Positions 1-9,562 are shown, counted from the stretch's first letter. The stretch is DNA of 26,206 nucleotides from an uncultured Nitrospiraceae bacterium (GCA_947085205.1 CAMTVO010000041.1:1-26206); one strand, 5' to 3'. Notes: generated from the letters alone by a model not told the origin. Translations and numbers: made by a program.

Positions 1-239
1 CTTATTATTGGCTCTATATCATCAAGATGTTTAAGAGGATTATCAGACTGACGGACCCTGATGTTTCAGTTGCCTCTTATTATTGGCTCTATATCATCTA
101 TAGCAGAGGACATGACTGCCTGCGATATGATAGTTTCAGTTGCCTCTTATTATTGGCTCTATATCATCCTTAAAAAGGGAGGTGAAAGATCAGTTTTTGT
201 TGGGTTTCAGTTGCCTCTTATTATTGGCTCTATATCATC
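1..239 (-). CRISPR. CRISPR array (truncated by window start): 3 full + 1 partial 36-bp repeats, 3 spacers
   Basis: Identical repeat GTTTCAGTTGCCTCTTATTATTGGCTCTATATCATC (+) at 63-98, 133-168, 204-239, partial at 1-23; unique spacers of 39, 34 and 35 bp (24-62, 99-132, 169-203). The minus-strand repeat GATGATATAGAGCCAATAATAAGAGGCAACTGAAAC ends in GAAAC and the non-coding leader-like region lies to the right, so transcription is inferred on the minus strand. Confidence 0.98.
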
Positions 240-458
240 CCACCCTCTGTAAATCCAGTATTATCAATACGCTATTGGCATATTTCCGCCCCGAGTAACT
301 TTGAGCACCCAAAGCGTTCATTTTAAGCCTTCAATAAGCTTCCAAGTTGTCAAAGAGCAAGTAATTTCAAGCGCCGCCTGAGATTCTATTCCAAAAACAT
401 AACATTTGCATCTGAATTCAACTCGTTAACTCACTAAGCTTAAGCTATTTCTTTAAGT
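240..458 (-). promoter_or_regulatory. CRISPR leader
   Basis: AT-rich non-coding 219 bp between the cas6 stop and an intact repeat; contains a one-mismatch IHF-like site TATCAATACGCTA (262-274). Confidence 0.75.
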
Positions 459-1409
459 TCACATTTCTCGGGCGGTATTTTCAATTATCTTATATCTCCC
501 GAACCCGCTTGTTGTGTGCTGGCCTACACCAATAATCTCGCCGAGCTTAAGATAGGGGTAAAAAGGGTCCAGGTTTCCTGACGTAATGAATATCCCTACC
601 TGTCCCCCCATCTTTATAGATTTTCTTTGTCTCGATGAATTTCTCTCGTAATCATTCCATTCAGTATGGGACTCCATCCGAATCTGTTGTGCAAGCGAAA
701 TCAAGCAGCTTTTAATATGCTCAATCTGTTCTTTGTCAAAGAGAATACCATCGCAGTACAGATTGTTCAGGTTAAGGACCCTTTTTATCAATAGTTTGAA
801 AAATTTCTCAAAAGACAAACCCTTGTAGTATAATCCCGCGCCTTTTTCCTTTATCTTTACAGGCGTAAGCAGTTCCAGCAGATGTTCTCTTGTTTTTGCT
901 TTTTCATTGGACATGCGGGAAAACTCTATTTCTGAAGTTGTCACATCCACCACGAAGAACTTGCCTCGCCCTCCGCCGATTCCTTGCATGCCGAGCCTTT
1001 CAATAACTTTTATGAATCTATATATCTGATTTGCAGCGTTGCCTATCAAAAACAGATCCAACCGGAATTTCTCACCTCTGATATAGGCGCTCTTCATATC
1101 CAGCGCAGGATGCAGCACATATGGCCGGGGTGGTATTCGGCCTTCGTTGTTGCCGAAACATTTGAAATAAATGCATGATTCCTTTTTTTCACAGTGTTTG
1201 CAATCCTCTCCTTCATCTTCACATCCCATGTCCCATAATACCTTAGCGCCGATTCCACCCCTCCATCTGTCACCTTTCATGTCATCATCCCCAAGATATA
1301 TCCTGTCCATAGGTGACAGAGTGAATGCCAGCTTCAGCATTCTGAAACCTGAAAGGGACTGCTTCAGGTAGTCGAGGTTATCTGTTTCTGCCGCTGCTCT
1401 TGAATTCAT
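459..1409 (-). CDS. cas6: Cas6 crRNA-processing endoribonuclease (RAMP)
   Basis: C-terminal G-rich loop GVGQHTTSGFGRY, internal GIGGGRGKF, PPRPYVL motif, N-terminal Cys cluster (CEDEGEDCKHCEKKESC); adjacent to the array. Confidence 0.93.
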   Translation of the reverse strand: MNSRAAAETDNLDYLKQSLSGFRMLKLAFTLSPMDRIYLGDDDMKGDRWRGGIGAKVLWDMGCEDEGEDCKHCEKKESCIYFKCFGNNEGRIPPRPYVLHPALDMKSAYIRGEKFRLDLFLIGNAANQIYRFIKVIERLGMQGIGGGRGKFFVVDVTTSEIEFSRMSNEKAKTREHLLELLTPVKIKEKGAGLYYKGLSFEKFFKLLIKRVLNLNNLYCDGILFDKEQIEHIKSCLISLAQQIRMESHTEWNDYERNSSRQRKSIKMGGQVGIFITSGNLDPFYPYLKLGEIIGVGQHTTSGFGRYKIIENTAREM

Positions 1410-1414
1410 CTTAT

Positions 1415-1660
1415 TTAATCCGGACTGTGGTTAAATATAACCACATCGCCAGTAACCGGGCTTCTGTATATCAGCTTCCTTGCCTTTCCATGCAGGGCAT
1501 GGGCGATTTTGAGATACAACCATACCGGCGCTGCGCCGGTAAGTATAATATCATTTCCTTCTCCGGCAATTTCTTTTGCCTTCTGGACATAAGAGTCAAG
1601 CTCGGAGAGCTTGGCAGAGGTGGTTGCTGCATAAAGGGTAGAGAGGTCTATACGAATCAA
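1415..1660 (-). CDS. csx3: Csx3 (Crn3)-like ring nuclease
   Basis: Small protein with IILTGAAPVWLYLKIAHALH, resembling the Csx3 G-x-x-P-x-W-L-Y...H motif. I place the start at TTG 1660, which overlaps the upstream TGA (TTGA); the ORF track start is 1675. Confidence 0.78.
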   Translation of the reverse strand: MIRIDLSTLYAATTSAKLSELDSYVQKAKEIAGEGNDIILTGAAPVWLYLKIAHALHGKARKLIYRSPVTGDVVIFNHSPD

Positions 1661-2457
1661 TGTTTGATACCCCAAGTAATGTCATATTCATGGACTTTGT
1701 AGTCACGAGTGCTGACATACTGAATGCGGCGACCTTCACCCAACCCAATAATACCGCCCATTACCCCGGGTATTTTCTGCCCACCGGTAACATCCAGAAT
1801 AATGTCTTTATAAGAATAACCTTCGTTGTTTAAAGCGTCATAAAGATTATCTAACGCATCAAAAAGATCAACGGCGTCTTCAAAGTCAACGCCACGGTAA
1901 GTTGGGTCGTTGCTGATGGGTAAAACAATTTTATCCGGTGCAATACCTGAGGATGCAGCCATCACTATGCGAAAGTTATCCACTTGCCGCCATGTACCAT
2001 CCTGCGCTGTACCGGATGAATCTTTTGAAGGGATAACAACGACCTTATCCAGTTTATCAGCACCCAACGCCTTGATTGCCTCAAACGCCATACGCCATGC
2101 TCGCATTTTTTCCGGATTAGTTTCTCTTTCAAGGCCGGGAGTTGGCGGACTAAGAAACCATATCAATATCTTAGCTCCGCTGGCAGCACGTTGTTTGATG
2201 CTGGGGGCAATAGACGGCGCTTTGGAAAGAAAGCGTCCAACTATGAGAGCGATAACAAAAACGGGTAACAAACCCCAGAGTGGTGGTTTTTCCGGGCTAA
2301 TGAATGCCATCAGAGCATCCCCGAACCAGCCAATAGACGCAATGATAAAAACTGCAACCAAAATCGTTCCTGTTGAAGCGGCTCCGCCAAATATTGCTCG
2401 CATAGCCTCAATGCCGCCATAAAAAGCAGTCTTTTTATCTTGAAAACGTCCAAGCAT
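1657..2457 (-). CDS. Transmembrane-CARF effector (Cam1-like architecture)
   Basis: Two N-terminal hydrophobic segments (TILVAVFIIASIGWFGDALMAFI; LWGLLPVFVIALIVGRFL) followed by a Rossmann-like CARF domain (LIWFLS, GVDFED, IILDVTGGQK, IQYV); AGGAGG RBS; inside the cas operon. Confidence 0.82.
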   Translation of the reverse strand: MLGRFQDKKTAFYGGIEAMRAIFGGAASTGTILVAVFIIASIGWFGDALMAFISPEKPPLWGLLPVFVIALIVGRFLSKAPSIAPSIKQRAASGAKILIWFLSPPTPGLERETNPEKMRAWRMAFEAIKALGADKLDKVVVIPSKDSSGTAQDGTWRQVDNFRIVMAASSGIAPDKIVLPISNDPTYRGVDFEDAVDLFDALDNLYDALNNEGYSYKDIILDVTGGQKIPGVMGGIIGLGEGRRIQYVSTRDYKVHEYDITWGIKH

Positions 2458-2550
2458 ATTATATCCTCCTATATTTTGATTATATGTTTGTTGGTTTCGG
2501 TAATTCTACAACATCCATATACCCATATCCTACTGCTGTCTTTGCGCCGT

Positions 2551-3723
2551 TTATAGCAGATATTTCAACACCTTCAGCGTGTTCTGATAGTCGCTATCTT
2601 TTTCAGGCTTCTTGGCGATGCTTTTCTCTTTCCAAACCGTAGCAGCCTGCATTAATCCCCTGATCTTTTCAGCAACCTGCTTTTTATCATTTTCATCCGG
2701 CCAGTGGTTTTCCTCCAGTTTTTTAAGGAGAAGAACATAGTCTTTCATATTTGGGTCATGCTTTTCAGCCAGCAGTTTAGCTATGCTTCTCTCAAATGGC
2801 GGTAAATTCTCTATTTCTCTCTGCCTCAGCAACTCTTCCTCTCTTTTTTGCAATATTTCCTTTTGATGTAAATATTCGCCTTCCAGCCTCTTTGTATCTG
2901 CTTCATCCTTAGTCATCCTTCCATAGCCCACTGCTGTCTTAGCGCCTGCGCCAAGCCATTCCAAAGCATCTTTGAGTTCTTGAAGAACGCTGTCCAAATT
3001 AATGTTGCAACCTGGACGCGCCGAAATTGAGAAGAGGAAACTCTGTCCCGGGGCAACCGCCAGAAAAGGCACCGGCACCGGATTATGCCAATCGGCGGGC
3101 ACATTGGAGCCATCGGGGTTTGGAACACCACCACCCTCTTCATACCACTCGTCGTAATGCGGCGTCATCACATCTGCCTGCAACTGAACAGGATTTGTCG
3201 GTATCGCATCAAAAAATATGAGGTTCCCAACAGCAGGTTCTATCTTATTCGTTTTATCCTTTAATTCTTTAAAAGAAGGGCCAAACCAGTCGCGCAATTT
3301 TTCTGCTTTTTTGTCTTCATCAAGCTTTTCAAATTCGCTTGACCACTGCTCGCACCAAGCGCGCAGCAGACCTTTCACAGCCGCGCCTGTCAGGTATGGT
3401 ACTCCCAATGTGGGATGCCATGCAAAGCCGTTCTCTACAGGGTGATTTATGCCCATGCCAGTAACGAAGTGCCAATCGGTTTTTGCAACAATACTCTTAC
3501 CCCCCAATGAATCTATTAACTCCATTTGACGCATCACAAATTGGCCAACCTTTTCTCCCCCAAGAGGTGATAAAGTGATTTTTTTTATCCACTTGAGTTT
3601 AGCTCCGGGCACAGCCCCATTTGGATCATATGCATCAAAGAAACGATCATACCACAGGCCAGCATGCCCTCCAGAAGGATAGTTATCCGGTGGATTAAAA
3701 CCGTTATATAAAGGTGAGCTCAT
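2551..3723 (-). CDS. cmr6: Type III-B RAMP protein Cmr6
   Basis: HFVTGMGINHPVENGFAWHPTLGVPYLTGAAVKG, DVMTPHY, NPVPVPFL and GAGAKTAVGYG motifs. Confidence 0.96.
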   Translation of the reverse strand: MSSPLYNGFNPPDNYPSGGHAGLWYDRFFDAYDPNGAVPGAKLKWIKKITLSPLGGEKVGQFVMRQMELIDSLGGKSIVAKTDWHFVTGMGINHPVENGFAWHPTLGVPYLTGAAVKGLLRAWCEQWSSEFEKLDEDKKAEKLRDWFGPSFKELKDKTNKIEPAVGNLIFFDAIPTNPVQLQADVMTPHYDEWYEEGGGVPNPDGSNVPADWHNPVPVPFLAVAPGQSFLFSISARPGCNINLDSVLQELKDALEWLGAGAKTAVGYGRMTKDEADTKRLEGEYLHQKEILQKREEELLRQREIENLPPFERSIAKLLAEKHDPNMKDYVLLLKKLEENHWPDENDKKQVAEKIRGLMQAATVWKEKSIAKKPEKDSDYQNTLKVLKYLL

Positions 3724-4121
3724 TGTGTATCTCCTTCCTCGCTCTTTAAAAATGCCTTGGCAAATTTCTTAAGCCAGTCAAGGTAAGCCAAGGCTTCTAT
3801 CTGCGCCATACGATAGATATGCTTATCACAGTTTGTTATACACTGAACGATATGCCCTTGTTGCCCGTGAAATGGACGGCCTTCCTTCTTGAGCCATTCC
3901 TCAACAGCCTTCAAAACGTCCCGATGTTCAGACTTTTTATTGGCTATATAAAAAGCACATGCCTGACCAAAGCCATTCATTAATATCATTGGACCGAATG
4001 AAGCCACATAGCTGTTGAATCTTTTTTGTTCATCATCTTTTCCTGTAGTCTTAGCCTGATATGCTGTAATGCTGTCGAGTGCATGTTTAGCCCTCTTCTG
4101 GGCGATCGTTGGTTGACTCAT
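3720..4121 (-). CDS. cmr5: Type III-B small subunit Cmr5
   Basis: 133 aa helical protein: QKRAKHA, GPMILMNGFGQACAF, EALAYLDWLKKFAKA; between cmr4 and cmr6 with ATGA overlaps. Confidence 0.95.
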   Translation of the reverse strand: MSQPTIAQKRAKHALDSITAYQAKTTGKDDEQKRFNSYVASFGPMILMNGFGQACAFYIANKKSEHRDVLKAVEEWLKKEGRPFHGQQGHIVQCITNCDKHIYRMAQIEALAYLDWLKKFAKAFLKSEEGDTQ

Positions 4122-4975
4122 AAACTAACCTCCGTCACCCGGCACCAGCCCATCCCTACGGTCTCGTTGCCGCCGATTTGAAGATAGGGTTTATCACCTG
4201 AAAACATCCCTGTAACGTGACTGAGTACTGTCGCCGCATCCATCCCATTACTACTGCGGGAGGGATTGGCTAAAAGCATTGTGTAGAGTAGGGTATCAGG
4301 CGGCAGAGTTTCTTCATACCAGAGTGCGCCGGGGATCACCGTCTTCTTAGTATTGGTATTGTCAATGGCTATATGTGGTGTTACTGCCGTGGCCGTCAGG
4401 CTAAAAGCAGCAAAGTCCTCATTTTGCATGATTGCCAGTTGCTGCTTCAGTTGTTCCTTGTCCATTCCAAACCCGACAAGAACATCTATAAGATCATTGA
4501 TATTTTCTTGTACCTGATTAAACTGATACTCTTCTAAGAAAATCGCGGTGCCGCCGCTTCTTGTAACTACGGCCTCGGGCTTTGTAGGTGGTATGTTAAA
4601 CTCTATAGGTTTGCCGACCAGTTGCATATCTCTTTTTAATCGTTCAAGCACCGCAGGGCAGGTGACCCATTTAAAATGACTTGTTAGTGATCGTACCGGC
4701 AGCAATAACAGACGGGCATCGGTAACTGCTATCGCTCCGGCATGATCAGACGCCTTATCATTGGCACCTGGCCCAAAAACATCCTTAATCCACGGAGGAT
4801 TTCCGCATCGCGTCTCAGCATGAGAACGCAGCGCCCCTTTCATTGCCGAACCATAAACACACGGCCAGCCGGTGTGCGCCTCACGCTGAATGGGCAGATC
4901 CACGACTCCTGTATTTTGACCTGTACCTGCGTGAATAGATGTTTCTGCCCGAAGTCCAAGAATTGTTTTTTCCAT
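4118..4975 (-). CDS. cmr4: Type III-B RAMP backbone nuclease Cmr4
   Basis: SIHAGTG, VDLPIQREAHTGWP (catalytic-type Asp present), LLLPVRS, LWYEETLP, LQIGGNETVGMG. Confidence 0.97.
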   Translation of the reverse strand: MEKTILGLRAETSIHAGTGQNTGVVDLPIQREAHTGWPCVYGSAMKGALRSHAETRCGNPPWIKDVFGPGANDKASDHAGAIAVTDARLLLLPVRSLTSHFKWVTCPAVLERLKRDMQLVGKPIEFNIPPTKPEAVVTRSGGTAIFLEEYQFNQVQENINDLIDVLVGFGMDKEQLKQQLAIMQNEDFAAFSLTATAVTPHIAIDNTNTKKTVIPGALWYEETLPPDTLLYTMLLANPSRSSNGMDAATVLSHVTGMFSGDKPYLQIGGNETVGMGWCRVTEVSL

Positions 4976-5012
4976 AGATTTTCTCCTTTATTCTAATCTT
5001 GCAATATCTTAT

Positions 5013-6113
5013 TTATTTCCATAGACCAACGGCTATCTCACCGTAGCCAAACTCAGTCCGATTGCCGATTTTCTTTCCATGTAGTGCATCGATTGCCTGT
5101 GTAATATCGCCTGTAACTTCCACGAAATAGCTGCTGCCCGACGGAACTAAAGATTTCAGCGGCTTGGGTTTGGGCTTATTTCCTGCATAGTCCCAGCCTC
5201 CTTCCCGCACCGGTTTGCCGATACAGGCTGATTTTAGACTCAGGTTCTCTCCATACTCTGTATTTATAGCAGCCCAATCAGGTTCAGGCTTACCACTAAA
5301 ATCGCCATGTGTCAGGAGTGTCAGGATCAACCCTTTTTCGCAGCCTGTCGGATGAGGAGTCACCGGAAAAGTAAGTTGTGCGCCGTTATTAGACAATTCC
5401 GCCAACCGCCCTTCGCCGCCAAAACGGGTCAGTATTTTCTCCGGCAATGTAACACTATCTGGTAGGCCATTTACATTGATACCGAAAGACACCTTATCAT
5501 CAAGCCACAAGTGGCGGACGAAATAGAGAAGCCCTTCCTCTACCGTGCTCCGTTGGTTGTTGCGGCCAATACCGGCGCGGTTTTCATCGCTAACCAATTC
5601 TGATGCTTTGATACCGCCTGTCGGCAGACCGCCTCCGAGAACGATATTGAAATCCGTTTCATTCAGCCAAACATTTTCCGGCAGCTTGCCGCCGTCAAAT
5701 TTGCCTGCAACCTCCGGCAATGCCACATTGTCTATATCGCAGGTTACAGTCCCGCCGGGTTGCAGGTGCGCCCATTCATATTGATTATCATCAAGTTTAT
5801 AAAGCAGGTGCAGCGGCGCAGGATAAAGTCGCCTGCCATCCTGTAAAATAAAAGGGCCTGAAAAAGAGAGGGGAGCAAGATTGTCAGGAGCGCCGATCAC
5901 CTTGCGAAGAGAGTTATCAGGATTTTTCCCGTAATCCTTCCAGTCCAAGTTCACTCCAATTGTTTCGCCAATGGTGTTGCGGAAAGAACCGATTAATGTC
6001 TGGGCAGGCGGAGGAAACTGCGAGTTGAGAAATCCTCCCTCACTGGCGTTAAACGGCTTTGCTTCACGAAAGAAGCAGGAATCTACTGGCTTAAAACTCC
6101 AGAGTATGCTCAT
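5013..6113 (-). CDS. cmr3: Type III-B protein Cmr3
   Basis: PVDSCFFREAKPF, FPPPAQT, FGGEGR, GGWD, VPSGSSYF, FGYGEIAVG motifs. Confidence 0.95.
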   Translation of the reverse strand: MSILWSFKPVDSCFFREAKPFNASEGGFLNSQFPPPAQTLIGSFRNTIGETIGVNLDWKDYGKNPDNSLRKVIGAPDNLAPLSFSGPFILQDGRRLYPAPLHLLYKLDDNQYEWAHLQPGGTVTCDIDNVALPEVAGKFDGGKLPENVWLNETDFNIVLGGGLPTGGIKASELVSDENRAGIGRNNQRSTVEEGLLYFVRHLWLDDKVSFGINVNGLPDSVTLPEKILTRFGGEGRLAELSNNGAQLTFPVTPHPTGCEKGLILTLLTHGDFSGKPEPDWAAINTEYGENLSLKSACIGKPVREGGWDYAGNKPKPKPLKSLVPSGSSYFVEVTGDITQAIDALHGKKIGNRTEFGYGEIAVGLWK

Positions 6114-7966
6114 CTCTCCACCCCCTTCTGCGCCAAGAAGCGTAACAGCATAGCGGCCTCTGCGCCATAACTGCCGTCGGCTTTTTTGCAGAGCGGCAGC
6201 AGATCTGCAATGCGCGCCTCTGGTATCCTATTTTTCTTATCTTCTTTAGTAAGTACGCCGCTTGTAGCATATTCGGCGACAAGAAGTTTTTTTATCTCAT
6301 CGTCACTGAAGCCACTGCCGCCTTTCAGCATCTCCAATCGCTCTCGGATGCGATAAAGGGACTTGCTGGCGTGGCCCGGCTCATCATCTTCGGATTGCTG
6401 GAATTGCCGCGTTAGTTTCGCAAGTTTTTGTACTGCTCCGCCCGCATCATCCCACCTCATAGACCATGTCAGTTGAATGCCGCCTGGTTTCCAGACTCGC
6501 ACAGCTATGGCGTCTCTGCCAGTCTTATCCTTGGCCACATCGTCCAGAAGCCGATGGCTGTCTTTTAAGACAGCGGTCAGGGGGATCTTCATGTGGGCAT
6601 AGATAATTGCCCCCGAAATACTGGCTTTGGGATTACCCACGACATTAAAGCCCTGTGAGTTGAAAGCCTCGATGTAAGCCTCCCGCAGATTAATGGCACA
6701 ATCCAATGCGTCTTCCAACGGCAACAGAGCCAGCACATCGTCGCCGCCAGCATAGACCAAAAAACCGTTATTCTTCTTTACAACGGCAGAAACTTTATTC
6801 GTAAATTCTTCCAGAGCCTTGCCCACTTCATTTGCTTTGCCTGCCGCTATGGCAGCGCCCAGATTGTCGCCGTCCATAAGCAACACGGCATAAAAAGGGG
6901 TAGGATACCCAAGTTTCCGGCCAGGTTTTATTTCGGTTTTGGATAGTTCTGATAAGGCGTTAAGCGCCTTTTTGGCTTTGTCGGTATCAAATTCTTTATT
7001 GTTTTCCAGTTCCGAACGAAAAAATACCCGGCCATCAAGGCTGGAAAAACGGAATTTCAAACTCCTTGCATCAACTTTATTATCAATGCAATGAATTGAA
7101 GTGGACCATTCTCCATAATCAACCAGTTTATTTGCGCTGTCATGGAAGTTTTTAAGTTTATCGTCCGGTGCATGTTCAATCGCTTGTTCCAGCCAGTGAA
7201 CGGCAGCCATGTAGGAGGTAGAGGGGACTCCAGTTGGGAGTTTCCATTCTTTATGTATTGCCTGCCATACGTGCACAAACCGTCGTTTGATATAAGCTAT
7301 GGCGCACAGCCGTTCATTGTCACGCAGTTCCAGAGGGTTTGTAATATTCTTCCGCACTTTCTCCCAAAACATCTTTTGACCATGTTCGCCTGGAGCCTCC
7401 ACACCGGAGAGTTCCTGCCACTCACCCATCATGGTGCATTTATCACCCTTTTGTTCGGGCGGATAATGACTGCGCCAGTTTTTTCGCCTGTCAAGCAGAT
7501 TGGGATTGTTTTGCTCCGCTGAAACACAAACCCAACTTATTTCCCAAAAGTTTTTAATCTGCTCATTCCATAGATTTTTCTGTTTTACCGTTGCGATACC
7601 TGCCAGTTCCTTATTCCATACAGCATCGGCAATTTTTTCCCATGCAGCTCTTACAGCACCGGCGACTTCATTACCTTTAAAACCAGCAGGTACGCTTGCC
7701 GAGAAGCGATTGGGGATAGTGCCGATGGTAGGTGGTTCTTTTGCCGATTGATTGCCTTCGACCCATTGCAGCAAAGCATCATTTGTTACATCCGGCAGGG
7801 TGATCACTCCGTGCTGCTCACGGACAGACTTCATAGCATTGGCGATCAAATACGACAGGATGAACGACCCTGCCCAAAAATCACGTGTCCTTCTGGCCTG
7901 AGAAACAAAACCTTGAACGGGGCCGAGGGTAAAATGGAAGCGATGAGTATGGTTTTGTTGATTCAT
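6110..7966 (-). CDS. cas10: Cas10/Cmr2 (type III-B), no HD nuclease domain, intact cyclase motif
   Basis: Begins directly with LGPVQGFVSQARRTRDFWAGSFILSYL (Cmr2 N-terminal motif); LLMDGDNLG and YAGGDD Palm motifs; only 618 aa. Confidence 0.97.
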   Translation of the reverse strand: MNQQNHTHRFHFTLGPVQGFVSQARRTRDFWAGSFILSYLIANAMKSVREQHGVITLPDVTNDALLQWVEGNQSAKEPPTIGTIPNRFSASVPAGFKGNEVAGAVRAAWEKIADAVWNKELAGIATVKQKNLWNEQIKNFWEISWVCVSAEQNNPNLLDRRKNWRSHYPPEQKGDKCTMMGEWQELSGVEAPGEHGQKMFWEKVRKNITNPLELRDNERLCAIAYIKRRFVHVWQAIHKEWKLPTGVPSTSYMAAVHWLEQAIEHAPDDKLKNFHDSANKLVDYGEWSTSIHCIDNKVDARSLKFRFSSLDGRVFFRSELENNKEFDTDKAKKALNALSELSKTEIKPGRKLGYPTPFYAVLLMDGDNLGAAIAAGKANEVGKALEEFTNKVSAVVKKNNGFLVYAGGDDVLALLPLEDALDCAINLREAYIEAFNSQGFNVVGNPKASISGAIIYAHMKIPLTAVLKDSHRLLDDVAKDKTGRDAIAVRVWKPGGIQLTWSMRWDDAGGAVQKLAKLTRQFQQSEDDEPGHASKSLYRIRERLEMLKGGSGFSDDEIKKLLVAEYATSGVLTKEDKKNRIPEARIADLLPLCKKADGSYGAEAAMLLRFLAQKGVER

Positions 7967-9138
7967 GGCAGCACCACCTGTTTGCTTGAAAAACGATTAG
8001 TAACTACATTTGGTGATTTCCTGTCTTTGCCGTCTATGAAATCTGTAATCACTGTCCAGTCAACATTTGCTGGAACAATATTGTTACCAGCTTTTATTTT
8101 TTCGTTGATTGGCAAGAATTGAGCACGCAAATAAATAGAAACTCCCACAAACAAATTTGTCCCTAACTGATGCACATGGAAAAATAGCGGGCTGGAACGG
8201 CGTTCATGATCTTTATTTTCAGATTTGACTTTTAGAGAGTCCCCCTGTCCATAATCATGAGGCAATCCAAAGGCTACTCGTTCTGGATGATTCTCTGGAT
8301 ATAGTGGCCCCCTTTGATATCTCCACTCATGATCATTGAAAAAATTCTTTTCCGATGGATTGCCGCTTGGAAGAATATTGTTGTTTATTGTCCTACCCCA
8401 GCTGCGATAATCCAATATTGCTTTCCCAAAATCATCTAATACAGAATATGGGGTGTTCCCAGAAAGCAATATATCAATTCTTGATTTTTCCGAGAAAGCT
8501 GTGAAAGGTGGTTCATTGGCTGTAAGTGGAAGAGGGAACAATTCTTTGATTTTAGTTTTGTATTCCTCCTGAGTCGTCGGTGCTGCCCAGATTGTTTCCT
8601 TCTGATACTTCTCCTGATTGCGAATGATTTCATATAAGGCAATACTCCCCATACCATGACGGGAGCGACTACCAAGTCCTCCAAGCAATCCAAATACTTT
8701 GACTGCCCTTAGTATACTATCTATATCTGATTGAACTGCTCTTGGATGAAACCGTAAAATAATTTCAAATTCTTGTTCTGTAGGCAATGCGTTTCTTCCA
8801 CTAAGTCCCATTCCGGCTAAGTATTTACTGCCTCCAGTAAATACTGGATTCGTTGGTGTCATTTTGACATGATTTACCGACAACAAAAAACATCCCTGTC
8901 CGCTTCCTTCGCCATCGGTTGCACTGCCAAATAACCGCGCCTCCTCAGCGTGCAATGTCGGCAATGCCGAAGCATCATCGGCTCCTGTAGCACCACTGAT
9001 ATTCCCCCAGTTCAGCGCCCGCCACCAGAAACGCAACGCTCCCTTAAATGACGGTGGCCTGATACCCTCTGCCTCATGGTTTGCCCCACCGAGAAACATA
9101 GGGGTTACAATCCTGTAGATTGCCGTTACCGTTTGCAT
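7963..9138 (-). CDS. cmr1: Type III-B RAMP protein Cmr1
   Basis: VTPMFLGGA, IRPPSFKGALRFWWRAL, LGGLGSRSRHGMG, AFGLP, RRSSPL motifs. Confidence 0.96.
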   Translation of the reverse strand: MQTVTAIYRIVTPMFLGGANHEAEGIRPPSFKGALRFWWRALNWGNISGATGADDASALPTLHAEEARLFGSATDGEGSGQGCFLLSVNHVKMTPTNPVFTGGSKYLAGMGLSGRNALPTEQEFEIILRFHPRAVQSDIDSILRAVKVFGLLGGLGSRSRHGMGSIALYEIIRNQEKYQKETIWAAPTTQEEYKTKIKELFPLPLTANEPPFTAFSEKSRIDILLSGNTPYSVLDDFGKAILDYRSWGRTINNNILPSGNPSEKNFFNDHEWRYQRGPLYPENHPERVAFGLPHDYGQGDSLKVKSENKDHERRSSPLFFHVHQLGTNLFVGVSIYLRAQFLPINEKIKAGNNIVPANVDWTVITDFIDGKDRKSPNVVTNRFSSKQVVLP

Positions 9139-9151
9139 ATCTTCCTCCCCA

Positions 9152-9562
9152 TCACTCCCTTATCCTCTCCCTCACCCCATACGGGTCACTTATACCCTTA
9201 AAAACAACCGCTGCTTCACCTTCTGCTGCTGAAATCATTATAACTGTTCCTATATTCAGGATTCTCTCAACAATCCCCTGCCTGACATTTATCGCCCTGA
9301 TATGTCTCAATTGCATCTCATTGGTATCCCTTGCAATCAATCCCACCCTCATAATAACGCTGTTGTTTGTAACAGTGAACTGGTATCTATACCTTGATAT
9401 TGCCGCACCTCCGACACATAATAATAAAAGGAGCAGACCGGCGCTAATATTTTGCGCCGAGAATGAAAAAATTAAAAGCACAAGTCCAACAAGATAAAAG
9501 CCTATATAATTCAGCCACGAAGGCCGCCCCTGATAAATAATTTTTTCATCAGCATTATTCAT
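9152..9562 (-). CDS. Membrane protein with bacterial PH-like domain (bPH_2 / YdbS-YdbT-like)
   Basis: IIYQGRPSW, two TM helices, then FTVTNNSVIMRVGLIARDTNEMQLRHIRAINVRQGIVERILNIGTVII-like pattern typical of bPH_2 proteins. Confidence 0.82.
   Translation of the reverse strand: MNNADEKIIYQGRPSWLNYIGFYLVGLVLLIFSFSAQNISAGLLLLLLCVGGAAISRYRYQFTVTNNSVIMRVGLIARDTNEMQLRHIRAINVRQGIVERILNIGTVIMISAAEGEAAVVFKGISDPYGVRERIRE

Noticed and set aside
61..252. 63-aa ORF on +
   Set aside because: It is a translation of CRISPR repeats and spacers.
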